The notes under the pieces: generated by a model | Told to the model about the DNA's origin: nothing | Databases searched by the model: none | Seen by the model: only the letters and a program-made list of their open reading frames with translations | Program-made: the position numbers and the translations under genes | Part shown: piece after piece, positions 29,336 to 38,830 of the stretch | How the letters are laid out: every line of letters begins with the position of its first letter | Numbering within the stretch: position 1 is the stretch's first letter | Assembly: GCA_963677485.1 (NCBI GenBank) | Contig: OY781964.1 | Span: 2,688,001 to 2,752,000, forward strand | DNA: 64,000 nt | Source of the DNA: Armatimonadota bacterium | GTDB lineage: Bacteria > Armatimonadota > HRBIN16 | Direction: 5' to 3'

Positions 29336-30649
29336 ATGTATCGCAAAGCCATCGAACAGCTCCACCACTGGAAGCATAAAAGCAATCGAAAACCGCTCAT
29401 CATCAGGGGAGCTCGTCAGGTTGGCAAAACATGGTTGATGAAGGAGTTCGGAAAGACTGCCTACAAGGCATCAATCTATATCAACTTCGACAACAACCCG
29501 CAGATGGCGACACTGTTCGCGTCCGATATGAATACCGATCGCCTCATCACAGGCATTGAGCTTTATGCAGGGCAGAAGATCGATGCCGATCATTCCCTGC
29601 TCATTTTCGATGAGGTGCAGGAAGTCCCCCTGGCGTTGACCGCATTGAAATACTTCAACGAAAATGCACCACAGTATCACATTGTGTGTGCAGGTTCGAT
29701 GCTGGGAGTCGCGTTACACCAAGGAACATCATTTCCTGTCGGTAAAGTGGAGTTTCTCGACCTTTCACCGTTGTCATTTTCCGAGTTCATGCTGGCTATG
29801 AATAAGGCTCCGTTCGTGGAGTTGCTGGACAATGGCGACTTCGAGATGGCGACAACATTTCGCCAGGAGTATGTGGAGCTGCTCAAGCAATATTACTTCA
29901 TCGGTGGAATGCCTGAAGCGGTGCAGGCCTATACCGACAATTCCGATTTTAATGAAGTTCGTGACATTCAACAACGTCTCTTGACCGCGTATGAGCAGGA
30001 CTTTTCCAAACATGCGCCGAACGACGTGGTACCTCGTATCCGTATGCTTTGGAACAGCATCCCGTCGCAGCTTACAAAAGAGAACAAAAAGTTCATCTAT
30101 GGCCTGATCAAGGAAGGTGCCCGGGCGAAAGAGTTCGAAATGGCACTCATGTGGCTGGTAGATTGTGGCCTGGTGCATATGGTGCAGCGTGTCACGGTGC
30201 CAAATCTGCCTTTGAAGGCGTATGTGGACCTGAAGGCATTCAAACTGTTCGTGGTTGATGTAGGACTACTGTGCTGCATGACGCGGTTAAGCCAATCTGT
30301 GTTGCTTGACTGCGACCTATTATTCAAGGAGTTCAAAGGCGCACTCACCGAACAGTATGTCTTGCAGCAACTGGACACTTTGAAGGGCTTGGAAGTGTAT
30401 TACTGGACCAATGACCGCGGCAGTGCTGAAGTCGACTTTCTGGTCGACACAGGTGATATGGTCATACCGATCGAAGTGAAAGCAGAGACGAACCTAAAGG
30501 CAAAAAGCCTAAGAAGCTACTATGACCAGTTCCACCCTAGAATCGCCATCCGGTCGTCAATGACTGACTTCAAGCGAGAAGACTGGCTGTTGAATCTTCC
30601 GCTATGGGCGATCGAGACGGTGCCGAAGGCGATACAGGGGCCGGGGTGA
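29336..30649 (+). CDS. AAA_14 ATPase with DUF4143 C-terminal nuclease-like domain
   Basis: GARQVGKT, FDEVQ, GGMPEAV, DVGLL and EVDF..PIEVK motifs. Confidence 0.9.
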   Translation: MYRKAIEQLHHWKHKSNRKPLIIRGARQVGKTWLMKEFGKTAYKASIYINFDNNPQMATLFASDMNTDRLITGIELYAGQKIDADHSLLIFDEVQEVPLALTALKYFNENAPQYHIVCAGSMLGVALHQGTSFPVGKVEFLDLSPLSFSEFMLAMNKAPFVELLDNGDFEMATTFRQEYVELLKQYYFIGGMPEAVQAYTDNSDFNEVRDIQQRLLTAYEQDFSKHAPNDVVPRIRMLWNSIPSQLTKENKKFIYGLIKEGARAKEFEMALMWLVDCGLVHMVQRVTVPNLPLKAYVDLKAFKLFVVDVGLLCCMTRLSQSVLLDCDLLFKEFKGALTEQYVLQQLDTLKGLEVYYWTNDRGSAEVDFLVDTGDMVIPIEVKAETNLKAKSLRSYYDQFHPRIAIRSSMTDFKREDWLLNLPLWAIETVPKAIQGPG

Positions 30650-30652
30650 GGA

Positions 30653-31570
30653 CTATACTTCCTGTATATCTTCAGCTTGTTCCAGTATGTAGCGAGTATG
30701 CCCTTGCCCGATTTTATAGGTATGGAATGTAACTTTTACCATTTTGAGCAGATATCTCTCGTTGATCACTCTGGAATCGGCAACCCCCCTGCCTATCTTT
30801 CCTTTTAGTACCTGCCCCTCATAATCGAATTCAAAGGCACGGCTGTCCGGCAGCGAACCTTGGAATGAGCCTGCTAGAGTCACGGTTTCCTCGATCACAT
30901 TATCATCTCGAAGCCGGTCTGCCGCCATTTTTACGTCATGAACAGATCGATAACGGTAGGTGGCGGTTTTGTATGAGATGCTGAATGTGGCGTCCTTGTC
31001 AGCGAGATAATCGAGGTAGGCACTCACTTTCTTCAAAACACGAGGGTGACGGTATTCCAGTACATCCGCTATCTGGTCGTCTGAGCCTTCTGCAGCCAAC
31101 CTCAGTATCTCACCCACTCTGTCGACCGCGGTTTTCGTGTGGCTTGGAACATCGGATACGTTGTTGTCTTCATTGGGCAGTTCGATGACAAATCCAAACG
31201 ACCCTAAAGCCACCCCAGTGATATACATACCGTCAGTATCCTGCCCCGGCAGGCGTCCCCGTTCTTGGAGGTTGTCCGCATCATCGGCAGAGACAGACCG
31301 AACCATTTCGTCAAACAAGCTGATGGCCTTAGCCGCGAAGTTCGTGTTGATGCCATGAGTTCCTTGAACAGGTCGTCCTTGAAAAGTAATGGTGATCTTT
31401 TCGGCTGCAAACCCAGGTTCCGTACCGTCAGCCTGTTTTTCTAATACATGGAGCCGTGATGTCAGGCTGCGTTTTTCGAACACGTTCTGGGCAGGTGCCA
31501 TGGCGATAAGGCTCTTCACGAGTTCGATCTCCGACACTAAGCTGTTATACTCAGTACTGTTCATGCCCAT
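30653..31570 (-). CDS. Hypothetical protein
   Basis: Long ORF with GGAGG RBS, convergent with the ATPase; GSFGF motif; no function recognised. Confidence 0.7.
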   Translation of the reverse strand: MGMNSTEYNSLVSEIELVKSLIAMAPAQNVFEKRSLTSRLHVLEKQADGTEPGFAAEKITITFQGRPVQGTHGINTNFAAKAISLFDEMVRSVSADDADNLQERGRLPGQDTDGMYITGVALGSFGFVIELPNEDNNVSDVPSHTKTAVDRVGEILRLAAEGSDDQIADVLEYRHPRVLKKVSAYLDYLADKDATFSISYKTATYRYRSVHDVKMAADRLRDDNVIEETVTLAGSFQGSLPDSRAFEFDYEGQVLKGKIGRGVADSRVINERYLLKMVKVTFHTYKIGQGHTRYILEQAEDIQEV

Positions 31571-31665
31571 ACTCCTCCCTGTGGTCAGCTTGTAAACGGC
31601 TAAGTATCTCACTGTCCATGGCAGCCCCAGCCTGGGGGCGGGGTTGCCCGCCCCCGAAGCTCCCG

Positions 31666-32355
31666 CTAGTTCTCCGCCAGGCTGAAGGGGTTGAAGTCCG
31701 TATAACGGTCGTAGTGGTCTTCGCTCTCCGCGTTCTTCAGGTGGTTGATCACCAGGTAGGTCAGCGGGGTGGCCAGTGCTTCAATCGCAACCTTTACCAC
31801 GTAGTTCCACATGATCACGCTCAGAATAGTGCTCCAGGGCCACAGACCGCCAAACGCCAGCACAGTAAACAGCATGGAGTCAAACGCTTGGCCGACCACT
31901 GTGCTGCCGATGGTGCGCATCCATAGCCGTTTGCCGTTCATCCGCACTTTCATTTTCGCCATGATGTAGCTGTTGACAAATTCACCCACGAAAAAGGCTG
32001 TCAAGCTGCCCAGAACGATGCGTGGTGCTTGCCCAAGGATCAGCGCGAAAGGCTCTTGCAGGTTCCATCCCGGTGCGGCGGGCAGTGCGACCGCCAGAGA
32101 AAAGCTCAACGCCGCCACGATGCAGGCCCCAAAACCCATCCATATGACACGCCGCGATTTGGCGTATCCATAAACCTCTACCAGCACATCACCAAAGATA
32201 TAGCTTAGGGGAAATAGGAGGGTGCCGCCGTCGATATCGATGGTGGTGCCGGGGATTCTCAGCGCTTTGATGGCACAGACGTTGCTGACGATCATCACAA
32301 CCACGAAGATAGTGGTGATGATATCCAAATAGTGGTAGCTGCGGGATTTCTGCAA
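31666..32355 (-). CDS. Queuosine precursor transporter (YhhQ/VUT family)
   Basis: LFPLSYIFGDVLVEVYG, PRIVLGSL, RTIGSTVVGQ and C-terminal TDFNPF; TTG start after AAGGAG. Confidence 0.88.
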   Translation of the reverse strand: MQKSRSYHYLDIITTIFVVVMIVSNVCAIKALRIPGTTIDIDGGTLLFPLSYIFGDVLVEVYGYAKSRRVIWMGFGACIVAALSFSLAVALPAAPGWNLQEPFALILGQAPRIVLGSLTAFFVGEFVNSYIMAKMKVRMNGKRLWMRTIGSTVVGQAFDSMLFTVLAFGGLWPWSTILSVIMWNYVVKVAIEALATPLTYLVINHLKNAESEDHYDRYTDFNPFSLAEN

Positions 32356-32489
32356 AAAACTCTCCTTCAGGGGGCGACTCACTCTTATATTGTATCTTCT
32401 CGTACATCCCGAAGCGAACCCGCAGTGAGTGATGCGGTAAAATGAGACTATCAGAACACAAATCGAGAAGCACAAAAGGGAGAACCCCA

Positions 32490-33548
32490 ATGAGTGAGAG
32501 CACATTTACCGTGGGAGTGGTTGGCTGCAGCGGATACGCTGGCGGTGAGCTGACCCGCATCCTGACCGCACACCCCAACGCGAAGGTCACCTACCTCACC
32601 AGCCGCACCTACGAAGGCAAGAACATGGATGAGGTCTTCCCGGGCTTCGCAAACATCGACATGCCAACGGTAGAGGCGTTTGACCCGGATGTTGCTGCTG
32701 GTAAAACAAAATACCTGTTCCTGGCCACCGAGAACGGCCTGGCTATGAAGATCACCCCCCAGCTTCTGAAAGCCGGTTTGAAGGTGATCGACTTGTCGGC
32801 CGACTTCCGGATCCGGGATGTAGAGGAATACGAGCAGTGGTACCGCATTGCGCACTGCGCCACCGATCTGCTGGCGGAGGCGGTCTACGGCCTGCCAGAG
32901 CTGACCGACCACCAGACGATCGCGACCGCGCGGCTGATCAGCAACCCCGGCTGCTATCCCACGGCTTGCGCACTGGCCCTCGCCCCGGCATTGAAACTGG
33001 GACTGATTGACCCCGCCAGCATTGTAATTGATGCCAAATCGGGTGTCTCTGGAGCCGGCCGAAGCAAATTCAACCTGGCGTATCACTATGCAGAGCTGAA
33101 CGAAGGCATGAAGGCATATGGTGCCCCTGGACACCGGCACACACCCGAGATTGAGCAGACATTGTCAGGCTTCAGTGGTCAGCGGAACCCACTCTGCTTC
33201 TGTCCTAACCTGGCACCCATGTCGCGCGGCATCCTGGCCAACTGCTTCGCCACGCTCACCAAAGATATCTCACCAGAAGATGCCACCGCGATGTATCGGC
33301 AGTTCTACGCCGGCAAGGTGTTTGTCAGCGTAAAAAATCCGGGGCAGTTCCCCGTCACCAAAAATGTCAGCGGCACTAACATGTGCCACATCGCGCTAAC
33401 CGTTGACCCGCGCACCAACCGGCTGATCGTCAGCAGCGTGATTGACAACCTGGTGAAGGGGGCCGCCGGTCAGGCCGTGCAGAACTTCAACATCATGGCT
33501 GGTCTGCCCGAGACCGCCGGGCTGCTGATGCCCGCGATTTTCCCGTAG
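32490..33548 (+). CDS. argC: N-acetyl-gamma-glutamyl-phosphate reductase
   Basis: GCSGYAGGEL, IDLSADFR, NPGCYPT, HRHTPEI and DNLVKGAAGQA motifs. Confidence 0.97.
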   Translation: MSESTFTVGVVGCSGYAGGELTRILTAHPNAKVTYLTSRTYEGKNMDEVFPGFANIDMPTVEAFDPDVAAGKTKYLFLATENGLAMKITPQLLKAGLKVIDLSADFRIRDVEEYEQWYRIAHCATDLLAEAVYGLPELTDHQTIATARLISNPGCYPTACALALAPALKLGLIDPASIVIDAKSGVSGAGRSKFNLAYHYAELNEGMKAYGAPGHRHTPEIEQTLSGFSGQRNPLCFCPNLAPMSRGILANCFATLTKDISPEDATAMYRQFYAGKVFVSVKNPGQFPVTKNVSGTNMCHIALTVDPRTNRLIVSSVIDNLVKGAAGQAVQNFNIMAGLPETAGLLMPAIFP

Positions 33549-33633
33549 ACCGAATTACATATTCGTGTGGATCGGACGGATTGGACTTATAAGGTCCGAT
33601 CCGTCCGATTGCATGCCCGTTGCATGAGAGCTA

Positions 33634-35088
33634 TTAACCTCGGAAGATCGGCCTTTGGCTGACCATGACCGGCATCGCGAGTGGTCGAAACGGCATACCC
33701 CGTGTTTCAACAGCGAGGATGTTCATGAACTCACCAACCTCAATGCCAGTCGCCTCCCCTTTCACACGGTCGCGAATGTGCAGCACAGAGGATCCGGCCT
33801 CTTTGGCACCTACCACAGCCACATACGGTACCCAATCACCTTCGGCAGCTCGAACTCGCTTGCTTACGGTTTCGTTTCGGTCATCTATATCGCAGCGGAT
33901 ATCGGCAGCATTCATGCTCGAGGCCACGGCCTGTGCATACTCCAGATACTCAGCAGATACTGGGATAACCCTCACCTGTGTTGGGGCAAGCCAGAGAGGG
34001 AACGACGGCGGTGCCCCCTGGGATGCATCTACTGCAATCGTCTCCAAGATGGCGCATAATGCCCGTTCAATACTGCCAAAGCTGGATGCGTGCAGAATCA
34101 CGGGGCAGGCGTGCTTCATGCCATCATCGGCGATGTAACCAATATCAAAGCGTGCGCCATCTTTCACATCCCACTGAACTGTGCTCACCTGCACATTTGA
34201 ACCATCAGCCGTAATGCACTGATACTCGTTCTTGATGGCGTAGTAGTGGCTCATTTGTGGCATCAGCTTGAAAAACGAAGGCACACCCATCTGTGTACCA
34301 AGGCCCAGCAACCACTCCTTGTGATCATCGAAAAACTCCGTGGTGCCCTCCCAACCCATGACCCATCGACCAGGTGCGATGACATCATCCATTAACCGTG
34401 CAAACAGCATGCACAGCTTTTCGAACTCTATGGTGGCTTGTTCTGTTGTCGCACAGGCTGCATGCATATCACTCATCATGAAGCCTCTGACACGCTTCAG
34501 TCCGCTCACTTCGCCCTCTTGTTCATTACGGAAACAGCTTGCCTCTTCGTAGACCTTCAAAGGCGTCTGTTTGTATGTAAACCGAGTGTTATGCATGAGT
34601 GGGAAAGCCAGCGGATCGGAAGCGTATCGCAGGTAGCACGTTCCACGGCCTCCGTCTACTTTATAGTCCCTCTCGTGGAACTCACCCATTAGTTCACCAA
34701 CGGAGTTGCTGTCGCCACGAATCAGTATCGGGTTATTCACCTCGAAGGCTCCCCATTGCCGTGAGAGGCGGAGCGCATAATCCTGGATCAGCCGGTGTAT
34801 CAGCAGACCGTTGGGATACCAAACATAGTGACCCTTCTCGGAAACTTCGCAGTAATCAACCAACTGATGACGAAGCATGGTGTTGATGTGGGCGGGGACC
34901 AACCCAGTGTCAACTTTGTGACCCAGTTCGTTGTCGACAAACTGCTTGAGCATGGCTATATGGTTGCCTGGTTGCAAGAACAGGTCACAACTCGCATAGT
35001 TGTCTGGTGTGACCTCCCAGCACTGCCCATTGACGTCAGCTAATACATACCTGTCGAACTCACTCGGATGGTGCTTGTCAGATTTCAT
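33634..35088 (-). CDS. thrS: Threonine--tRNA ligase, archaeal-type catalytic + anticodon domains, no editing domain
   Basis: LVDYC..S..G...WYPNG, motif 2 FRNEQEGEVSGLKRVRGF.M.DMH, ILHAS.FGSIER, PLWLAPTQVRVIPVS, anticodon domain DIDDR..WVPY. Confidence 0.85.
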   Translation of the reverse strand: MKSDKHHPSEFDRYVLADVNGQCWEVTPDNYASCDLFLQPGNHIAMLKQFVDNELGHKVDTGLVPAHINTMLRHQLVDYCEVSEKGHYVWYPNGLLIHRLIQDYALRLSRQWGAFEVNNPILIRGDSNSVGELMGEFHERDYKVDGGRGTCYLRYASDPLAFPLMHNTRFTYKQTPLKVYEEASCFRNEQEGEVSGLKRVRGFMMSDMHAACATTEQATIEFEKLCMLFARLMDDVIAPGRWVMGWEGTTEFFDDHKEWLLGLGTQMGVPSFFKLMPQMSHYYAIKNEYQCITADGSNVQVSTVQWDVKDGARFDIGYIADDGMKHACPVILHASSFGSIERALCAILETIAVDASQGAPPSFPLWLAPTQVRVIPVSAEYLEYAQAVASSMNAADIRCDIDDRNETVSKRVRAAEGDWVPYVAVVGAKEAGSSVLHIRDRVKGEATGIEVGEFMNILAVETRGMPFRPLAMPVMVSQRPIFRG

Positions 35089-35124
35089 TTCAGGACCTCC
35101 TTAGACCACCACCACAGCAGAGCA

Positions 35125-35157
35125 ACAAAAAAAGCCACCCCGGTGGGGGCGGCTTTC
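35125..35157 (-). terminator. Intrinsic terminator (attenuator) upstream of thrS
   Basis: Minus strand AAAGCCGCCCC-CACC-GGGGTGGCTTTTTTT. Confidence 0.88.
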
Positions 35158-35180
35158 GAAATTGTTGATTTAGAGCACGT

Positions 35181-35270
35181 TCAGATACGCCGCAACCTCC
35201 GGAAAGAAGAGGTAGTGGTAGTAGTGGTGATATGACCGGCCATACAGATAGCTTGCGGTGTTGATCTCAT
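35181..35270 (-). CDS. Thr-rich attenuator leader peptide MRSTPQAICMAGHITTTTTTSSFRRLRRI
   Basis: ATG at 35270 after AAGGGGA; six consecutive Thr codons; TGA about 25 nt before the terminator. Confidence 0.88.
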   Translation of the reverse strand: MRSTPQAICMAGHITTTTTTSSFRRLRRI

Positions 35271-35435
35271 CGTACTCACGTCCCCTTTCTTGCCCGTCGG
35301 TAGGCGATACTTATGATATGTATTATACACGGTATGTGATTGATATCAATCCCGCAAACCCACCGTCTGTTGCTGCTTTGGATATACTATGCTAAATACA
35401 ATCCATAATCGCCAACCCAGGAGGCCGTTTATCCC

Positions 35436-37583
35436 ATGAAAGCTGCACCTGACCAATCGAGTATCGCTGAGATATCCGCAGGTTTCAAGAACCCCGAGGC
35501 GCCATATCGAGCACTGCCGATGTGCTCCTACGACTACGCGCACATCCAACAGCAGGCCAGCAGCGCGCGCAGTGCCGGCTGGGGCGGGATGAATGTGCAG
35601 TATCCAGACTGGGGCGAAGGCTACCTGCAGACCAAAGAGAGCTGGAGTAAGTTTGCCGAGGCGTTGAAGGCGTGCAAAGAGAACGGCTTGTCGATGTGGA
35701 TATATGACGAACGTGGTTATCCCAGCGGCAAGGCGGAAGCACTGGTTCTGAAAGACCACCCCGAGTTCGAGGCGCAGGGATTGTTCTATGACGCACTCGA
35801 CATCGGCGAGACCGAGCCTCGGTCGGGGGAGTGGAAGCTGCCCCCTGGTCAGCCTTACTATGTGGTGCTGTATGCCACCACCGGTGCACACACCCCGCTG
35901 GTGGGAAAGCCGGTGGAGCTGACGAGTCGAGTGGCAAACGGCGTGCTGAAGTATGAGCTAAAGCCCGGCAACTGGCGGCTGATGACCTTCGTGCAGGATC
36001 GATTGTTCAAGGGAACCCACTCGGAGATACTGGGCGAACGGTATATCAACATCATGGACCCTCGCGCCGTGCGGAAATTCATCGAGGTCACCCATGAGCA
36101 GTATTTCGCACGCCATGGTGATGAGTTTGGCAAGACCATACAGGCGTTCTTCACAGATGAACCCTCGCTGATGGGCGGGTATTTAGTGGACGAAACCCAA
36201 TCCTACCCGGTGCTGTCATGGTGGGATGGCATGCCAGGCGCGTACCGCCAGATGCGCGGGTATGACGTTCGTGAGGCCTTACCTGCGCTGTTCAACGACG
36301 TGGGAGCCGACACCATCAAGAAGCGTTGCGACTACTACAGTGCCGTCTCGCGATTGACCGCCGGCAACTACTTCGGTCAGATCCGCAAATGGTGTGAAGC
36401 GCATCACGTAGCCTCCACCGGGCACTGCGTGTGGGAGGAATCGCTGATCTACCACGCTTACTTCTACGGCAGCATTTTTGATTCCCTGGCAGAATTCGAC
36501 TGGCCGGGCATTGACCTGCTGGGCTGCTCTTATGGTGATATGTCGGGCTCGCGCACCGAAGGCGGGCCGGTCACCCCAAAACTGATCAGCTCGGTGGCGC
36601 ATCTCTACGGCAAACCGCGCACTGCCACCGAGTCGTTCTGTTTTGTGACCAAGCAAACCCCGCCAGCCGATATGCTCTCGGTGGTGGGCTGGCAGTGGGT
36701 GCTGGGCATCAACTGGCTGACCACCCTGAGTATGCAGGGGGAGCATACGCCGGAGGTGCAGCAGCTATTGAACGACTACACGGGCCGGCTGAGTTATCTA
36801 CTGACCCGCGGTAAGTTTGTCGCCGACGTGGCGGTTCTCTACCCCATCGCCTCGGTCTGGGCGGATTTCGTGCCCTCCAACCGCCCTGTTTGGCATATGG
36901 ATGTGAACCCCGGTGCGGCGAAGGTGGACGACGCCTGGCAGGCCGTCACCCGAACCCTTCTGGGATGTCAGCGCGACTTTGACTATATCGACGAGGCCAG
37001 TGTGGGCAAGGCGCGCATATCCACAGGCGCGATGGGCGTAGGGGAGTGCCGATACTCCGTGCTGGTTCTGCCAAATGTCACCACCCTGGAGTATGCGACG
37101 CTGGTCAAGATCATGCGATTCGTGGAGCGGGGCGGTACCGTCGTCGCGTGTGGCGATATCCCCAGCCAGCGTGCTGATGCCGGTTCCGTTACTGAGTTTC
37201 GAAAACTGTCCGACCAGTTGTGGAGCAGTTCCGCGGCGTGGAGCAGCAGGGTGATATGGCTGAAGTCACACGAGGCCTTGCCGAAGGCGATGGAGGCGAT
37301 TGGCGGAGCCGATGTGCGGGCCATCACCGCAGGGATGGATGTCTACAGCCATCATCGCTCGGTCAAGAGCGGGGACATCTATTATTTGCAAAACAACGGC
37401 GTAAAGACGGTCTCTGGTGATGTCAGCTTCCGAGCCACCGGCCGGGTTCAGATTTGGGATCCCGTGAGCGGTACGATGGAAGCAGCCAAGGCGAAGAGCT
37501 CCGGTCGGTACAGCACCGTGTCGTTGAACCTGCCCGCGCGTAACGGGCTGTTTTTGGTGTTCGACCGCAGCCGACAGGGGTAA
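35436..37583 (+). CDS. Glycoside hydrolase, GH106 (alpha-L-rhamnosidase)-like
   Basis: WIYDE.GYPSG.A, FFTDEP, PGIDLL, KLISSVAH and VAVLYP motifs; AGGAGG RBS. Confidence 0.8.
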   Translation: MKAAPDQSSIAEISAGFKNPEAPYRALPMCSYDYAHIQQQASSARSAGWGGMNVQYPDWGEGYLQTKESWSKFAEALKACKENGLSMWIYDERGYPSGKAEALVLKDHPEFEAQGLFYDALDIGETEPRSGEWKLPPGQPYYVVLYATTGAHTPLVGKPVELTSRVANGVLKYELKPGNWRLMTFVQDRLFKGTHSEILGERYINIMDPRAVRKFIEVTHEQYFARHGDEFGKTIQAFFTDEPSLMGGYLVDETQSYPVLSWWDGMPGAYRQMRGYDVREALPALFNDVGADTIKKRCDYYSAVSRLTAGNYFGQIRKWCEAHHVASTGHCVWEESLIYHAYFYGSIFDSLAEFDWPGIDLLGCSYGDMSGSRTEGGPVTPKLISSVAHLYGKPRTATESFCFVTKQTPPADMLSVVGWQWVLGINWLTTLSMQGEHTPEVQQLLNDYTGRLSYLLTRGKFVADVAVLYPIASVWADFVPSNRPVWHMDVNPGAAKVDDAWQAVTRTLLGCQRDFDYIDEASVGKARISTGAMGVGECRYSVLVLPNVTTLEYATLVKIMRFVERGGTVVACGDIPSQRADAGSVTEFRKLSDQLWSSSAAWSSRVIWLKSHEALPKAMEAIGGADVRAITAGMDVYSHHRSVKSGDIYYLQNNGVKTVSGDVSFRATGRVQIWDPVSGTMEAAKAKSSGRYSTVSLNLPARNGLFLVFDRSRQG

Positions 37584-37641
37584 CTGCAGCTATCGACCCT
37601 GAAGCGCAGTCTACCAGCACAACTCGGGCTCTTGTTTAGCT

Positions 37642-37786
37642 GATTCCGCGACATAAATGTCTCGGCTACTGATCAGCAAGCCCGCTAAAGCGGACTACGG
37701 CACTTCGTGCCGATGGTGGTAACGCCACCCCAGGCTGCTTCAGCAGTCTTGTTTTTCAATAGCCGAGACATTTATGTCGCGGAATC
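37642..37786. repeat. Palindromic element with 27-bp terminal inverted repeats
   Basis: GATTCCGCGACATAAATGTCTCGGCTA ... TAGCCGAGACATTTATGTCGCGGAATC; second copy at 61791-62075. Confidence 0.85.
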
Positions 37787-37825
37787 GGAGGCACACTAGC
37801 TCGTTTGGCATATGTGGGGCATTAT

Positions 37826-38031
37826 CTGCTCAACCATCAACGACGGGTTCCATCAACCTGCTAAAGCAGGCCTCGTCACCCATCGCTAATCATTTGGCTG
37901 TCCGCTGAAGCGGACGCCTCCCGGACGCCCCCTGCGCCCGCTTGCGGGCTGCAAATCATTAGCCACGCGGTGAGGGAACCCCTATACGGACGCCAGTCCG
38001 TGGGGTGACTAAACCCGTGGCAACGGTGACT
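37826..38031. repeat. Second copy of the MITE-like structured repeat
   Basis: Collinear with 27780-27986 (GACGGGTTCCATCAACCTGCTAAAGCAGG...GGTGACTAAACCCG). Confidence 0.85.
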
Positions 38032-38284
38032 GGTAGCCTGCGATTTACACCACCGATCCCGACGCGACGGGTTCTGCTATCCGCCAGACCGGCGCGGTCT
38101 TGAGCCTTCTGCATCCGCTAGCCTACACACAGACCGCCCCGGACATAGGCAACGTTTGGCTGCAATAAGGGCGAACAGCGAACTCGCACGTCACTGTGTC
38201 TCCTCAGAGTGACGCATTAGTTGCACTCATGACCTACGGGTTCCATGGCCCGCGTTCCGGCGGGGGATCGCACAACGGGAGCGC

Positions 38285-38335
38285 TTGACTTCATAATGGC
38301 AGAGATGTATAATTGATTAGTCGGTTAACTATCAA
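38285..38335 (+). promoter_or_regulatory. Sigma70 promoter with probable MarR operator
   Basis: TTGACT-17 bp-TATAAT followed by the imperfect palindrome TTGATTAGTCGGTTAACTATCAA. Confidence 0.65.
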
Positions 38336-38374
38336 CCGGATAACAGTTAGCCAAACCGCAGATGGAGCCAGCCA

Positions 38375-38830
38375 ATGAACCAGCAAGAAAAGCCAGCCAC
38401 CGCAATCGCATGGAAGCTACGCGATATCCAGCATCACCACATGTTGATGATCCACAATATTTTAGGCCGCCACAGCCTGCACTGTGGGCAGCCGCGTATC
38501 CTGCACACGGTGGCGGATATGGACGGGGCCTCACAGCGAGAAATCGCCGATAAGCTGCAGATATCCCCCGCCTCGCTGGCTATGTCTATCAAACGGATGT
38601 GCAAAGCCGGACTGCTTGAAAAAGTGGCGAGCGAAACCGACCAGCGGACAAACCAGATACGCATCACACCCAAAGGGATGCAGCAGCATATCGACTGTTT
38701 ATCTGAGTGTGCTGAGGCCGACGCGAGGATGCTGGAGGGGTTGAGCCAAGCAGAGATCGGACAACTAGGTGATATTATCTCGCGGATCTACGATAACTTG
38801 ATACACATGACGGTGGAAAAAGATGCTTAA
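38375..38830 (+). CDS. MarR family transcriptional regulator
   Basis: GQPRIL, SQREIA..L.ISPAS, GLLEK..DQR..I.ITPKG motifs. Confidence 0.92.
   Translation: MNQQEKPATAIAWKLRDIQHHHMLMIHNILGRHSLHCGQPRILHTVADMDGASQREIADKLQISPASLAMSIKRMCKAGLLEKVASETDQRTNQIRITPKGMQQHIDCLSECAEADARMLEGLSQAEIGQLGDIISRIYDNLIHMTVEKDA

Noticed and set aside
32356-32480. preQ1 riboswitch upstream of the queuosine precursor transporter
   Set aside because: No recognisable preQ1 aptamer motif.
7380-35088. ThrRS as a self-resistance gene for the Cys-TE NRPS (obafluorin analogy)
   Set aside because: The genes are 20 kb apart with unrelated genes between them, and no transaldolase or other precursor genes are present.
35095-35340. 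T-box riboswitch upstream of thrS
   Set aside because: No T-box consensus (GGTGGNACCGCG) seen; the Thr-run uORF explains the terminator.
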